A stretch of DNA of 64,000 nt, taken from contig CAVQFQ010000018.1 in the NCBI GenBank assembly GCA_963711835.1, positions 17,682 to 81,681 on the forward strand, written 5' to 3'. Under the pieces are notes generated by a model, which saw only the letters and a list, made by a program, of their open reading frames with translations, was not told the origin of the DNA and searched no databases. Positions 18,165 through 29,783 of this stretch are shown here, piece after piece. This DNA comes from an uncultured delta proteobacterium (lineage in GTDB: Bacteria > Desulfobacterota > RBG-13-43-22). Made by a program: the position numbers and the translations under genes. The first letter of the stretch is position 1, and each line of letters starts with the position of its first letter.

Positions 18165-19088
18165 TTGGAGATTGTTTTTTTAGGAACGGGAGCGGCCTGG
18201 GGAGTTCCCGAAGTCGGTTGCCCTTGTCGCATCTGTCAGAAAGTGCGTTCGTTGGATGAAGAAAGAACCCGGAGTGCCTATCTTATAAAAGGCAAGGAAA
18301 CCCTGCTCCTGGATTGCGGGCCGGATATTCGCCGCCAGCTTGAACGACAAGAGGTGGAGCGGCTGGATGCCATACTGATCAGCCATGAACACGCCGATCA
18401 CTATTTGGGATTAGACGATATCACGGCCTTTCGTCGTCGTCTTTCCCGGGAAAAATGGCAGCCCATTCCCACTTACGCCACCAAAGCCGCCTGGGCGGTG
18501 ATTAAGAAATCATTCGGGTACCTGTGCGGAACCCTTCTGGAACCCAGGGTCATAAAGCCCGGGGAAAGGGTAGCCGGTCTGGCTACGGATATTTATCCTT
18601 TTAAGACTTTTCACGGAGATTCAGCGCCCGGTTCGGTCGGTTTTATCATCGAAGAAGACCTTTCGGGAAATGCGCACAAATTGATTTATACCTCGGACTT
18701 TTTTGATGTACCCAAACTGGGCGGCCGCCTGATGGAGCCTGACTTCCTGATCCTTCAGTCGCACTGGCTGAATGAACCCCTGGTCAACCGGGCCCATAGC
18801 CTGAGTTTGGAAAGGGGAGTGGATTTTATCCAAGCCTGGAAACCGAAAAGCCGGATCTTTCTGGTCCATATTTCTGAAGCCTATCCCATCGAAGGCGACC
18901 CGGCCAATGAGGCCTTAAAAAAAGTGGCCCCTAAAAAACCGATGAAGGACCCCAAAACCAAATTACCCTATACCCTTCCCACCTGCCAGACGGAATGGCA
19001 GTCGGTAGCTGAAAAGGTCCTTCAAGACCGGGGAATTCCCACCCCGGTCCAGGTGGCTTCAGACGGCCTTAAGGTCCGCCTCTGGTAA
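18165..19088 (+). CDS. MBL-fold metallohydrolase (PhnP-like)
   Basis: FLGTGAAWGVP..GCPCRIC, DCGPD, SHEHADH. Confidence 0.87.
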   Translation: MEIVFLGTGAAWGVPEVGCPCRICQKVRSLDEERTRSAYLIKGKETLLLDCGPDIRRQLERQEVERLDAILISHEHADHYLGLDDITAFRRRLSREKWQPIPTYATKAAWAVIKKSFGYLCGTLLEPRVIKPGERVAGLATDIYPFKTFHGDSAPGSVGFIIEEDLSGNAHKLIYTSDFFDVPKLGGRLMEPDFLILQSHWLNEPLVNRAHSLSLERGVDFIQAWKPKSRIFLVHISEAYPIEGDPANEALKKVAPKKPMKDPKTKLPYTLPTCQTEWQSVAEKVLQDRGIPTPVQVASDGLKVRLW

Positions 19089-19126
19089 GGGGGTCCCTTC
19101 CCAATACTTAAGTTACAGGAGGTCTT

Positions 19127-20101
19127 ATGCTGTTTCCTGACTACCGACCCAGAAGATTGAGACAAAACGATGCCTTCAGAAGGATGATCCGGGAGACCTC
19201 TTTATCCGTCGATAACCTGATCTATCCCCTGTTTGTTGTGGCCGGTAAGGGGGTGCGCCGGCCCATCTCCTCCATGCCGGGGATTTATCAGTTATCCCTC
19301 GATGAACTGATTAAAGAGGCCCGACAGGTTAAGGAACTTCGTATCCCGGCTGTCCTGCTCTTCGGAATTCCTGATAAAAAGGATGAAAAGGCCTCCCAGG
19401 CCTATGACCCTAACGGGATCATTCAACGGGCCGTAAAGGTTCTCAAAGACCAGGTTCCTGACCTCCTGGTCATCTGCGACGTTTGTCTTTGCGAATACAT
19501 GAGCCATGGGCACTGCGGCTTGATAAAAGGTCTGGATGTGGATAATGACGCTACCCTGGAACTTCTGGCCCGGACGGCCTTATCCCAGGCCAAAGCCGGC
19601 GCCGATATGGTCGCTCCGAGTGATATGATGGATGGAAGGGTGGCGGAGATACGCCAGGCCTTAGATGAAAATGGTTATGAAACGGTCCCGATTATGGCCT
19701 ATTCCGCCAAATACGCTTCGGCCTTTTATGGCCCTTTTCGGGAGGCCGCCGAGTCCGCCCCGAAGTTTGGAGACCGGAAGACCTATCAAATGGATCCGGC
19801 TAATGTCCGGGAGGCCATTCGGGAGGTTAGCCTGGACGTAGAAGAAGGGGCCGATATTATCATGGTCAAGCCGGCCCTTGCTTACCTGGATGTGATCAGC
19901 AAGGTCCGGGAGGAATTTGATCTTCCCGTGGCCGCCTACAACGTGAGCGGAGAGTATGCCATGGTCAAGGCCGCAGCCCAGCAGGGCTGGATGGATGGAG
20001 AAAAAGTGATGATGGAGATCTTATACTCAATCCGTCGAGCCGGGGCTGACCTCATAATAACCTATTTTGCCAAGGAGGCAGCGGACCTGCTAAACAAGTA
20101 A
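19127..20101 (+). CDS. hemB: Porphobilinogen synthase
   Basis: [35 protein letters not shown]. Confidence 0.98.
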   Translation: MLFPDYRPRRLRQNDAFRRMIRETSLSVDNLIYPLFVVAGKGVRRPISSMPGIYQLSLDELIKEARQVKELRIPAVLLFGIPDKKDEKASQAYDPNGIIQRAVKVLKDQVPDLLVICDVCLCEYMSHGHCGLIKGLDVDNDATLELLARTALSQAKAGADMVAPSDMMDGRVAEIRQALDENGYETVPIMAYSAKYASAFYGPFREAAESAPKFGDRKTYQMDPANVREAIREVSLDVEEGADIIMVKPALAYLDVISKVREEFDLPVAAYNVSGEYAMVKAAAQQGWMDGEKVMMEILYSIRRAGADLIITYFAKEAADLLNK

Positions 20102-20122
20102 TCGCTGTTCGTTAGAGAGATC

Positions 20123-21241
20123 ATGCCACCCGCATCAGCCAACCTTCCGGTCGCCCTGGCCTCCGTCCCTTCTCTGCGATTAGTCGCCTGGGAAGTTACC
20201 CGCCAATGTAACCTGTCCTGCCTTCATTGCCGGGCTTCGGCGGCTTCGGGCCCTTATCCGGAGGAACTAACCACCGGAGAGGGCCTCCAAGTTCTGGATC
20301 AGATTAGGGAAGTCGGACAGCCGGTTATCATCCTGACCGGGGGAGAGCCGCTGCTTCGTTCCGATATTTTTGATCTGGCCCGTCATGGACACGATCTCGG
20401 CCTTCGAATGGTCATGGCCGTGAATGGGACCCTTTTAGATCCTGTTACCGCCCAGAGGCTAAATGACTCCGGGATTCAACGAATCAGTATCAGCCTGGAC
20501 GGCGCTTCCGCTGAAAGCCATGATTTTTTCCGCCAGGTTAAAGGCGCTTTTGCCGGGGCTCTGAAAGGGGCGGAATCAGCCAAGACCGTTGGTCTGGAGT
20601 TTCAGATCAACACCACGGTAACCCAATACAACCTAAATGAACTGGCTAAAATTCAGGAGGTTGCCCTGGAATTGGGGGCAGCGGCCCATCATATTTTTAT
20701 GTTGGTGCCCACCGGCCGAGGCCGGGAATTATCAGACCAGACCATCTCCGCCGGTGATTATGAAAAGACGTTGACCTGGTTGGTCGGGCGGAAAGAAGAG
20801 CTGCCTATTTCGGTCAAGGCCACTTGTGCCCCCCATTACTACCGTATCCTTAGGGAGATAGCCCGTAAGGAAGGAAAAGAGATAACCTTTAAGTCCCATG
20901 GACTGGATGCGGTAACCCGGGGTTGTCTGGGAGGAACCGGATTTTGCTTTATCTCCCACCGGGGACAGGTCCAGCCCTGCGGGTATCTTGAAATCGATTC
21001 AGGCCATATCAGAAAACAAAGCTTCAAGGAGATCTGGGAAAACTCGCCGGTTTTTCAGGCCTTAAGGGACCGATCAAAATATACCGGGAAATGCGGTCGG
21101 TGTGAATACTTTAAGGTCTGCGGGGGCTGCCGGGCCCGGGCCTTTGAGGCCAGCGGCGACTATCTTTCTGAAGAGCCGCTTTGTACCTATCAACCCAGGG
21201 GGATGAAAACCCCGCAGAACCCATCTAATCTGTTGGAATAA
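20123..21241 (+). CDS. ahbD: Heme b synthase (radical SAM/SPASM, NirJ2)
   Basis: RLVAWEVTRQCNLSCLHCRA, KATCAPHYYR, TRGCLGG, SPASM cysteines; between hemB and ahbA. Confidence 0.9.
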   Translation: MPPASANLPVALASVPSLRLVAWEVTRQCNLSCLHCRASAASGPYPEELTTGEGLQVLDQIREVGQPVIILTGGEPLLRSDIFDLARHGHDLGLRMVMAVNGTLLDPVTAQRLNDSGIQRISISLDGASAESHDFFRQVKGAFAGALKGAESAKTVGLEFQINTTVTQYNLNELAKIQEVALELGAAAHHIFMLVPTGRGRELSDQTISAGDYEKTLTWLVGRKEELPISVKATCAPHYYRILREIARKEGKEITFKSHGLDAVTRGCLGGTGFCFISHRGQVQPCGYLEIDSGHIRKQSFKEIWENSPVFQALRDRSKYTGKCGRCEYFKVCGGCRARAFEASGDYLSEEPLCTYQPRGMKTPQNPSNLLE

Positions 21242-21248
21242 CGAAAAA

Positions 21249-21728
21249 GTGACTGCCCCGAGGATGGAAAAGACCTTTAAACTGGATCGAACCGACCGTG
21301 CTATCCTGAATGAAATTCAATCGCAGTTTCCTTTGATTGCCAGGCCATACAAAAAGGTGGCCCAGGGACTTGCCTTGGAGGAAAAAGAGATCATCGCCAG
21401 GGTAAAGCGCATGAAGGAAAAAGGGATCATCCGCCGGATTGGGGCTAACGTTAACTCCCGGAAATTAGGTTTTACCAGTACCTTGTGTGCCGCCCGGGTT
21501 CCCCGGGAAAAAATGGAAGGGTTCATTGAGGTGGTCAATCACTATGCGGGGGTGACTCACAATTATGAGAGGGAAGGCGACTATAATATCTGGTTTACCT
21601 TCATTGCCGAGTCCCAGGAACGGATCGAGTCTTCCCTGCAGGAGATAAGGCGGCTTAGCGGTATCGAGGATTTGATTAGTTTGCCGGCGGTCAAGATCTT
21701 CAAGATCCGGGTTGACTTTGAAGTCTAA
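21249..21728 (+). CDS. ahbA: Siroheme decarboxylase subunit alpha (Lrp/AsnC fold)
   Basis: IQSQFPL..RPY, GIIRRIG, LGFTSTLCAA, VTHNYER, YNIWFT. Confidence 0.88.
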   Translation: MTAPRMEKTFKLDRTDRAILNEIQSQFPLIARPYKKVAQGLALEEKEIIARVKRMKEKGIIRRIGANVNSRKLGFTSTLCAARVPREKMEGFIEVVNHYAGVTHNYEREGDYNIWFTFIAESQERIESSLQEIRRLSGIEDLISLPAVKIFKIRVDFEV

Positions 21729-21752
21729 ACAAAGATACTTGAAATCTTTTTC

Positions 21753-22004
21753 AAGAAATGGTGTTGGAGGGTCCTATTTTTTGAGTTGTCCACCCCTAAG
21801 CCATGAGCTTCTTTGCCGGGCCAAAATCAGATAGTGTTTTGGCAACAGGCCTACACCCAAGCTGGAAATGGGCTGGGGTGTAGGCCCTGCTCTCAAATGA
21901 TCTTAGCTATTCGGGCCGGATTGGGGGCTCTTAGTCACCTTTTGGACAACCCGAAAAATAGGACCCCCCAACACCTGATTATTCGGAAAGTTGGAGATAA
22001 ATTC
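21753..22004. mobile_element. MITE-like element, family A copy 2 (inverted relative to 11672-11945)
   Basis: TIR ggtgttggagggtcctattttttgagttgtcca / tggacaacccgaaaaataggaccccccaacacc; internal caggcctacacccaagctggaaat and gcttctttgccgggccaaaat match copy 1 in reverse. Confidence 0.75.
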
Positions 22005-22094
22005 TCAGACCAACTATTTTTAACTAATCTAATGGCCATCCGAAAATCTTCGACTTCCGGATGAGCACTGATCTGATAGAGATAGGAAAGAAGG

Positions 22095-22670
22095 ATGGAC
22101 TATACAATCCCAACCGAAGATAGACCGGAACCCCGAATTGAAGTGGTTCCCCCCTTGGAGGAGAAAATGAGGGGTCCTGGTTCGATGATCCCCTCACCCA
22201 AACCTTCTCCGAAGCGGTCCCCATTAAAAATTTGGGGACCGGCCCTGGCGATTGCCTTGATAGGGGTGGGTTTTGGTTTGTGGTCTTTTGTAAAAACCGG
22301 ACCGGCCACCGGGAAGACCGAAGGGTTTCCGGAAATAAAGGAATTAAAAGAAGGGATTCAGAGGCTAACTACGGAAGGGGCCGCTTTAAAAAAAGAGGTT
22401 GAAACCATAAAGGGTGAACTGGTGGGGGCCCAGGAACAAATAAAAGGGCTCAAAGAACAGGTGGTCGTTTTGGCCAAGAAGCCTGAAAAAACGCCCGAAA
22501 GAAAGGCGCCCCCCAAATCCATTTCCTATCGAGTGAAGAAAGGAGATTCCTTGGCCGCCATTGCCAAAAGATTCCGGGTACATCCGGAGGATCTGCGTAA
22601 ATGGAACCAAATTCCCCCCAGGACCGATGTTAAGCCCGGTCGTATTTTAGTCCTTCACCCCCCTTCCTAA
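22095..22670 (+). CDS. Membrane-anchored coiled-coil LysM protein
   Basis: One TM helix, a coiled coil, C-terminal YRVKKGDSLAAIAKRF LysM. Confidence 0.88.
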   Translation: MDYTIPTEDRPEPRIEVVPPLEEKMRGPGSMIPSPKPSPKRSPLKIWGPALAIALIGVGFGLWSFVKTGPATGKTEGFPEIKELKEGIQRLTTEGAALKKEVETIKGELVGAQEQIKGLKEQVVVLAKKPEKTPERKAPPKSISYRVKKGDSLAAIAKRFRVHPEDLRKWNQIPPRTDVKPGRILVLHPPS

Positions 22671-22679
22671 ATAAACCTC

Positions 22680-22883
22680 GAAGTTGCATAAAAATTGATC
22701 GATAACGTGTTCTTTGTCAATTAAAACGGTGCGTTCTAACGGTTTCAGAGTTGAGACCAAAGTTCACTCCAATTGAGGTTTAGCATTCTAAAAAGTATCG
22801 ATCAATTTTTACCCTTCGCGAAAGTCTGGGAAGTCGTCCCGCCGCGGCGGGATTCGCCCTGGACGCCTCGGATCTGCAACTTC
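22680..22883. mobile_element. MITE-like element whose right TIR is split by a 63-bp insertion
   Basis: Left gaagttgcataaaaattgatcgata; right tatcgatcaattttta[22812-22874]tgcaacttc. Confidence 0.65.
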
Positions 22884-23144
22884 CGAAACTTTTGCAACAG
22901 CGAGGTAAAGATACCCATGTTTTTCCGCCCCACCTAAAGTAATTGCAGGCCAAGAAGGCCCCCATATCTTAATAACATCTTGAAATTATAATATAAATTA
23001 TTTCCATCGGTTCTGGCCCGCTTTTAAAACCGGGCCGACCGACTCCTTGTGAAACCAATAAGGAAATTTTAAGGGATTTGGGCTAAAAAATTTTTTTGAG
23101 AAAAAAAGATTTTTTAGCTTGAATTTTACGTGGAAAACATTATA

Positions 23145-23171
23145 TTAGCACTGACTCGTGACGAGTGCTAA
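23145..23171 (+). promoter_or_regulatory. CIRCE (HrcA operator)
   Basis: TTAGCACTG-N9-GAGTGCTAA, one mismatch to TTAGCACTC-N9-GAGTGCTAA, upstream of groES. Confidence 0.93.
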
Positions 23172-23206
23172 TAAAACCCAATAATTTGTGGAAGGAGTGT
23201 GAATCT

Positions 23207-23494
23207 ATGAAAATCAGGCCATTAAATGACCGGGTAATCGTCCAACGGATTGAAGAGGAAGAAAAAACCAAGGGAGGAATTATTATCCCGGATACGGCGA
23301 AAGAAAAGCCTCAAGAAGGGAAGGTAATAGCCGTAGGAGCAGGAAAGATCCTGGAAAGTGGAACCAAAGTCCCTATGGACGTCAAGGTGGGAGATCGGGT
23401 ACTTTTTGGCAAATATGCCGGGACCGAGATCAAAATCGAAGGCGATGAGTATTTGATGATGAGAGAAGACGATATCTTAGGTGTAATAGAATAA
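23207..23494 (+). CDS. groES: Co-chaperonin GroES
   Basis: [23 protein letters not shown]. Confidence 0.98.
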   Translation: MKIRPLNDRVIVQRIEEEEKTKGGIIIPDTAKEKPQEGKVIAVGAGKILESGTKVPMDVKVGDRVLFGKYAGTEIKIEGDEYLMMREDDILGVIE

Positions 23495-25132
<1,638 letters not shown>

Positions 25133-25154
25133 TTCTTTTAAAAACCCATAGTAT

Positions 25155-25192
25155 AATAAAAAAGCCCCCGGAGAACCGGGGGCTTTTTTATT
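25155..25192 (+). terminator. Rho-independent (bidirectional-looking) terminator
   Basis: aataaaaaagcccccgg-agaa-ccgggggcttttttatt. Confidence 0.9.
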
Positions 25193-25201
25193 GCAATTTT
25201 C

Positions 25202-25538
25202 GGGATTGTCCCAAAGGGCTTCGGGGGTCTTGATTTCAAGGTTGTCCGAAAGGGTATCCGTAGCCCCAAACTGGGATCCACTCCGCAGGAGTGGGACTGA
25301 GCATTGTTTTGGATGCGAAGAACCCGGCCCGTCCGCCACGGCGGACTAAGTTGGTTGGGAGCCGGGCATTCATCCCGCCGAGGCGGGACTTTGGTGTTGG
25401 CCTGCTTCTAAACCCCATTATAAATTTCCTGCCCGGGTTCAGGCTGCCGGCGTTTTGGCGGACAATCCTTGAAATTAAGACCCCCGAAGCCCTCTATGAA
25501 TGGAGTGCTAAAAAATCACGTAACTTTGGGACAAACTC
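25202..25538. mobile_element. Nested MITE: family A inner element (25215-25493) inside an outer element with an 8-bp target duplication
   Basis: Inner TIR agggcttcgggggtcttgatttcaagg / ccttgaaattaagacccccgaagccct; outer gggattgtcccaaag / ctttgggacaaactc; flanking direct repeat CAATTTTC. Confidence 0.8.
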
Positions 25539-25597
25539 CAATTTTCTTGACTTCCCCAAATCTATTTGATTAAAATTACACTACTTCACCTCTAAAG

Positions 25598-26260
25598 TTG
25601 AGGGACCTTATGACCTTCCGCCTCTTACCTGCTTTTGTCGGTGCCCTGCTTATTGTTCACACCTCCCTTTGGGCCAGATCAATGGTTATTACCGATCGTA
25701 TTGAGGTGGGGCTGCGTTCCGGAATCGGCATTGAGCAGCGCATCATTTCAACCTTAAAAACCGGCGATCGGGTTGAAGTGCTTGAAGGGGACCGGACCTG
25801 GTCGAAAGTCAGGCTTCCAAATGGAACCGTCGGCTGGCTGGCCACCAGTTTTTTGGTGGAAAGCGTCCGGCCTCAAGTCCCTTTGGTGGATCCAAAAATT
25901 CAAGAAGAGTTACGGGGATTAAAGGAGGCCAATCAAAACTTGGTCAAGCAACTGAGCGATCTCCACCAGGAAAGGGAAAGGCTTCTTAAAGAAAGGGAGG
26001 ATGGCAAGAGGCCGATCTCAACCCATCCACAGGAAAAAAATAGGCCCCTGCCGGCCGAAGTGGCTCAACTTAAGGCCAAGAATGAACAATTGGAAAAGGA
26101 GATCCTATTTTTTAAAAAGCAAGGAGCTGTTAAAGATAAAGAGCCTGGTTCGGGGCAGCATATTCAATGGTTTTTGGCCGGCTCCGGGGTTTTGTTTTTA
26201 GGATTGGTCCTCGGCTGGGTGATGAATCGAGGCCGCCGAAAACCATCCCGTTACTATTAA
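25598..26260 (+). CDS. SH3-domain exported protein (TIGR04211/YgiM-like)
   Basis: Signal peptide, SH3b (LRSG...WSKVR...GW), coiled coil, C-terminal WFLAGSGVLFLGLVLG plus basic tail. Confidence 0.85.
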   Translation: MRDLMTFRLLPAFVGALLIVHTSLWARSMVITDRIEVGLRSGIGIEQRIISTLKTGDRVEVLEGDRTWSKVRLPNGTVGWLATSFLVESVRPQVPLVDPKIQEELRGLKEANQNLVKQLSDLHQERERLLKEREDGKRPISTHPQEKNRPLPAEVAQLKAKNEQLEKEILFFKKQGAVKDKEPGSGQHIQWFLAGSGVLFLGLVLGWVMNRGRRKPSRYY

Positions 26261-26264
26261 CAAG

Positions 26265-26897
26265 TCATTTTCTTTCTTTGGCCAAAATCCTGACATCCAC
26301 CTCCCCCTCAAGCAATCCTCTAAATTCTTGAGCGTCCTTATCAGACCCTACGATAGCGCCATAGTGGATGGGAACGGCTATCCGCGGTTTCATCACCTTG
26401 GCGGCTTCGGCCGCCTCTTTAGCCGTCATGACATAGGTTCCGGAAACAGGAAAAAAGGCAATGTCGGCCTGAATGGTTTTCATCTCCGGAATAAAGTCGG
26501 CATCACCGGGATGATACAAACGAACCCCTTCGATGGAAATGATAAAACCCAACCAGCCCTTGGCCTTGGGATGAAAGTCCTTATTGGTATTATAGGCGGG
26601 GACGGCCTCAACCGTAATACCCAGAACGGTCTTGGTTTCTCCCGGCTTTAGAATTTCAACCCGGCCGGAAAGTTTTTTGGCCGAATCAGGTTCGGTGAGG
26701 ATGAGAGTCTCCGGTTTCTGAATCTTTTTCACATCCTCTGGGGAGCAGTGGTCGAAATGATCGTGACTGATCAGGATCAAATCTGCCGGAGGGCCGCCTG
26801 AAATATCATAAGGATCAATATAAAGCACGATGGTATCGTGATACAAAATACCATCATGCCCCAACCAGGATATTTTTTTAAAGACATCTTCGATCAT
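26265..26897 (-). CDS. MBL-fold hydrolase (UPF0173/UlaG-like)
   Basis: WLGHDG, YIDPY, SHDHFDH, YHPGD, PIHYG. Confidence 0.88.
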   Translation of the reverse strand: MIEDVFKKISWLGHDGILYHDTIVLYIDPYDISGGPPADLILISHDHFDHCSPEDVKKIQKPETLILTEPDSAKKLSGRVEILKPGETKTVLGITVEAVPAYNTNKDFHPKAKGWLGFIISIEGVRLYHPGDADFIPEMKTIQADIAFFPVSGTYVMTAKEAAEAAKVMKPRIAVPIHYGAIVGSDKDAQEFRGLLEGEVDVRILAKERK

Positions 26898-26934
26898 GTC
26901 GGCCTCCTTTTAGATTAACACGCTGATCTTCGGT

Positions 26935-27123
26935 TTAATCTTCCCCAAGTAGGATTTTATGGTCCACCAGGGACATTTTTTTTATTTTGGCAGGCAGAAT
27001 TTTTTGTTCTCCAAAGATATTGATGAGCCTTAAGTTCCCATTTTCCTGTTCAACAATATCCACACGTTCTAAGACCAGTTCTTCCCGGCCTTCTCGAATA
27101 ATAAAAGCCGACGCTTCACACAT
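26935..27123 (-). CDS. cooT: CooT family nickel-binding protein
   Basis: MCEASAF start (Cys2), NIFGEQK, SLVDHKI. Confidence 0.82.
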   Translation of the reverse strand: MCEASAFIIREGREELVLERVDIVEQENGNLRLINIFGEQKILPAKIKKMSLVDHKILLGED

Positions 27124-27533
27124 TAGCCTATCCACTCCTTCAAACGAATGATTATCTTGTCCACTAAATGGGGCAGGGGTTCAGGGGCCAAACCGACCAA
27201 CTCTATATTTTCCTGAGACAGGGGAACCAGAAGTTTCAGGCCGGGACTGGAGGCTACCGCCTGAGCGATAGCCGGTGTCACTTCACCCATCATGGCCTGG
27301 GCGAGAACGATCCCAATCGGGCCGATCAGAATATCCATTCGGGGGGCAGTTTGAATGATGGCGTTTTCTCCGGTAGCCCCTTTGTTGGCTCGGGCTTTCA
27401 TCATCTGAGCCGTGGCAATGGAATTAGTTCCCAGGGCAACCACTTCCATTTTTTCGCCGAATTCTTCCCGAAGCCTTTTTATAATGGCGCTTCCGATGCC
27501 CCCGCCTTGTCCGTCTAAGATCCCGATTTTCAT
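27123..27533 (-). CDS. DUF3842 family protein
   Basis: ILDGQGGGIG, ALGTNSIAT..M..A.A..GATGENA, GEVTPAIA. Confidence 0.85.
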   Translation of the reverse strand: MKIGILDGQGGGIGSAIIKRLREEFGEKMEVVALGTNSIATAQMMKARANKGATGENAIIQTAPRMDILIGPIGIVLAQAMMGEVTPAIAQAVASSPGLKLLVPLSQENIELVGLAPEPLPHLVDKIIIRLKEWIG

Positions 27534-27730
27534 ACTGTTCAATTTGCTACCCTATGCTGATCTTTTATGCCAAGCGCATCTAAAAAGCAAGCAAAAGGGT
27601 TTTTTATTTCCCTTGACTTGACCGTTTGCTCTTCGTATAGTTTCTGAAGCTGGATTATTATAACTAATTGAAATAACGCTCATAATCTCCTTAATGGCTT
27701 AACCGATTATTATTATTATTTATTTTTTTA

Positions 27731-28351
27731 ATGGATATTTTTATTAAGGGAATCCTACTTGCCGTCCTGGCCTATTTTATCGGGTCCATTTCTACCGGGG
27801 TTATCCTCTCATATTACCTTGGCCAAAAAAACCTTCAAAAAGAAGGAAGCGGAAACATTGGGGCAACAAATGTTACCCGGTTGCTGGGGAAAAAATGGGG
27901 CCTCCTAACCTTAGTTGGAGACACGCTAAAGGGGATGATCCCCATTTGGCTGGGTCAATGGGTTCTGGAAGCTGAAAGCGAACAGTCTTTTCTCACCTTA
28001 AGTGTAATTGCATTGTCTGCCTTTTTGGGGCATCTTTTTCCTGTCTATCTTCATTTTAAGGGTGGGAAAGGAGTGGCTACGGCCTTGGGTATTTTCATTC
28101 TATTGGGTCCCAAGGCTCTTTTGGTAGCTATTCCCTTGTTTGTCCTGGTGGTCTTATGGGGAAAATATATCTCTTTGGGATCAATCAGTGCAGTCCTCTC
28201 TGTTCCTATCTCATTGATATTATTAAATTATAATATCTACGTGGTTCTATTGTCCTTTATCATGGCCGCAGCCATCATCTTGAAGCATAAGGAAAATATC
28301 CGGCGTCTTCTAAAAGGGGAAGAAAAAGTCTGGTATAATAGAAAGGGCTGA
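27731..28351 (+). CDS. plsY: Glycerol-3-phosphate acyltransferase PlsY
   Basis: GSGNIGATNV, GHLFPVYLHFKGGKGVAT, KHKENIRRL. Confidence 0.96.
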   Translation: MDIFIKGILLAVLAYFIGSISTGVILSYYLGQKNLQKEGSGNIGATNVTRLLGKKWGLLTLVGDTLKGMIPIWLGQWVLEAESEQSFLTLSVIALSAFLGHLFPVYLHFKGGKGVATALGIFILLGPKALLVAIPLFVLVVLWGKYISLGSISAVLSVPISLILLNYNIYVVLLSFIMAAAIILKHKENIRRLLKGEEKVWYNRKG

Positions 28352-28381
28352 TAAAAGGTGTTTAGCTGAGCGGATAGCTTC

Positions 28382-28900
28382 TTAAATTTTTTCCCAATAC
28401 ATTTTTTCTGATTTTTTTTGCTTGGAGGGCCTTCGGGCCAGACCTTTTTTCTTCCCTGGACGACTATCAATAGCCTGATGATCGTCATCTTCTCCGCCTT
28501 GTCCCTGGGATTTTTTTTGGATTCGATGGGCAAATTCTTCCGAAGGAATCCAGCCGGCACTTCGGGCACGGCAGAAAAATCCAAGTTCAACGTCGGAGGT
28601 CACCACTAAAAAATTCCCTGGTGCCTTTGAAACCAGTCGCTTGATAATATCGTCTGCTGTTTGGCCTATCTGGGAATAAAGGACCTTAATCCCTTTAAAA
28701 AAATCCCTCTCTTCGGAAAATCCCCCGCCTCGTACCCCATCGAAAACCACGGTTATCGGGTGGGGCTTTTGACGGCGGTATTCAGTGAGCCATTCCAATA
28801 ATACTTCTCTCCCCCTGGAAAAATTCTGGGCCTCAACCCGGGAAAGGGGCGGGAATTTTCGGATTAGATTATAGCCGTCAATAATAATCTCAAAGGCCAT
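28382..28900 (-). CDS. NYN/YacP-like PIN-fold nuclease
   Basis: IIDGYNLI, VVFDG, TADD, VVTSD. Confidence 0.87.
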   Translation of the reverse strand: MAFEIIIDGYNLIRKFPPLSRVEAQNFSRGREVLLEWLTEYRRQKPHPITVVFDGVRGGGFSEERDFFKGIKVLYSQIGQTADDIIKRLVSKAPGNFLVVTSDVELGFFCRARSAGWIPSEEFAHRIQKKSQGQGGEDDDHQAIDSRPGKKKGLARRPSKQKKSEKMYWEKI

Positions 28901-28904
28901 GAGC

Positions 28905-29783
28905 TCACAAGACCACTCCTCTTTGCATCAGCAGATCGACCACCCGAATCAATTCCTCCTCGGAATGGAAGAAAATTTCCAGTAACCCGCCTTTCTTCTT
29001 TCTCTTTACCCGAACCCTGGTTTTATACTTTTGGATCAAATCCTTAACCCACTCTTCCTCAGGCGGGATAGTTATGAAATGCCTCTTTCCTCCCAACTCA
29101 CCGATTTTTTTAATGATCCGTTCCAGTTCGCGTACCGAAATCCCTTTCGTAATTGCTTCCTTGGTCAGCCGGATCTGATCTTGAGGAGAATCAAGACTTA
29201 GGAGACATTTGGCATGGCCAAAAGACAAGGTACCCTCAAAGATTTTTTCCTGAACAAACGGGGGTAATTTCAAGAGGCGGAGGACATTGGCGATGCTCGA
29301 CCTATCCTTCCCGACCCTGCTTCCTACTTCCTCCTGGGAAAGGCCGAATTCCTTAATCAGGCGCTGATAGGCCTCCGCCTCCTCCAGAGGATTTAGATCT
29401 TGGCGTTGGATATTTTCGATCAGGGCCAATTCCAATTGAGCCCTTGGTCCGGTTTCTCGAATAACCACAGGAACTTCGCCAAAGCCGGCTTTTTGGGCGG
29501 CCCTCCATCTTCTTTCCCCGGCAATCAATTCATACCCTTTGTCTTTCCGTCGAACGATCAAAGGTTGAATAATACCATTTTCCTTAATGGACTCGGCTAA
29601 TTGATCGATGGAGGCGTTTTTTATTTTTTTTCGGGGTTGCAGAGGATTCGGGCTGATTTCTTCGATCCCTACAGAAAGAAAAGTCCTCGGCTGGCTTTCG
29701 CGATACTCCCCTGAAGGGATCAGGGCCCCCAATCCCCGGCCCAATCCCTTCTTTTTCAGACTAGTGCTCTTGGATTCTTCCAT
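28905..29783 (-). CDS. parB: Chromosome partitioning protein ParB/Spo0J
   Basis: GLGRGLGAL, PNPLQPR, IAGERRWRA, ENIQRQDLNPLEEA. Confidence 0.96.
   Translation of the reverse strand: MEESKSTSLKKKGLGRGLGALIPSGEYRESQPRTFLSVGIEEISPNPLQPRKKIKNASIDQLAESIKENGIIQPLIVRRKDKGYELIAGERRWRAAQKAGFGEVPVVIRETGPRAQLELALIENIQRQDLNPLEEAEAYQRLIKEFGLSQEEVGSRVGKDRSSIANVLRLLKLPPFVQEKIFEGTLSFGHAKCLLSLDSPQDQIRLTKEAITKGISVRELERIIKKIGELGGKRHFITIPPEEEWVKDLIQKYKTRVRVKRKKKGGLLEIFFHSEEELIRVVDLLMQRGVVL

Noticed and set aside
25236-25569. Small ORFs inside intergenic repeats (also 11964-12296, 21813-22064, 22780-22965)
   Set aside because: They are translations of MITE sequence with no recognisable protein motifs.
27555-27575. 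Sigma54-like TGGCA...GCA upstream of DUF3842
   Set aside because: The GG-to-GC spacing is 12 nt, not the required 10.
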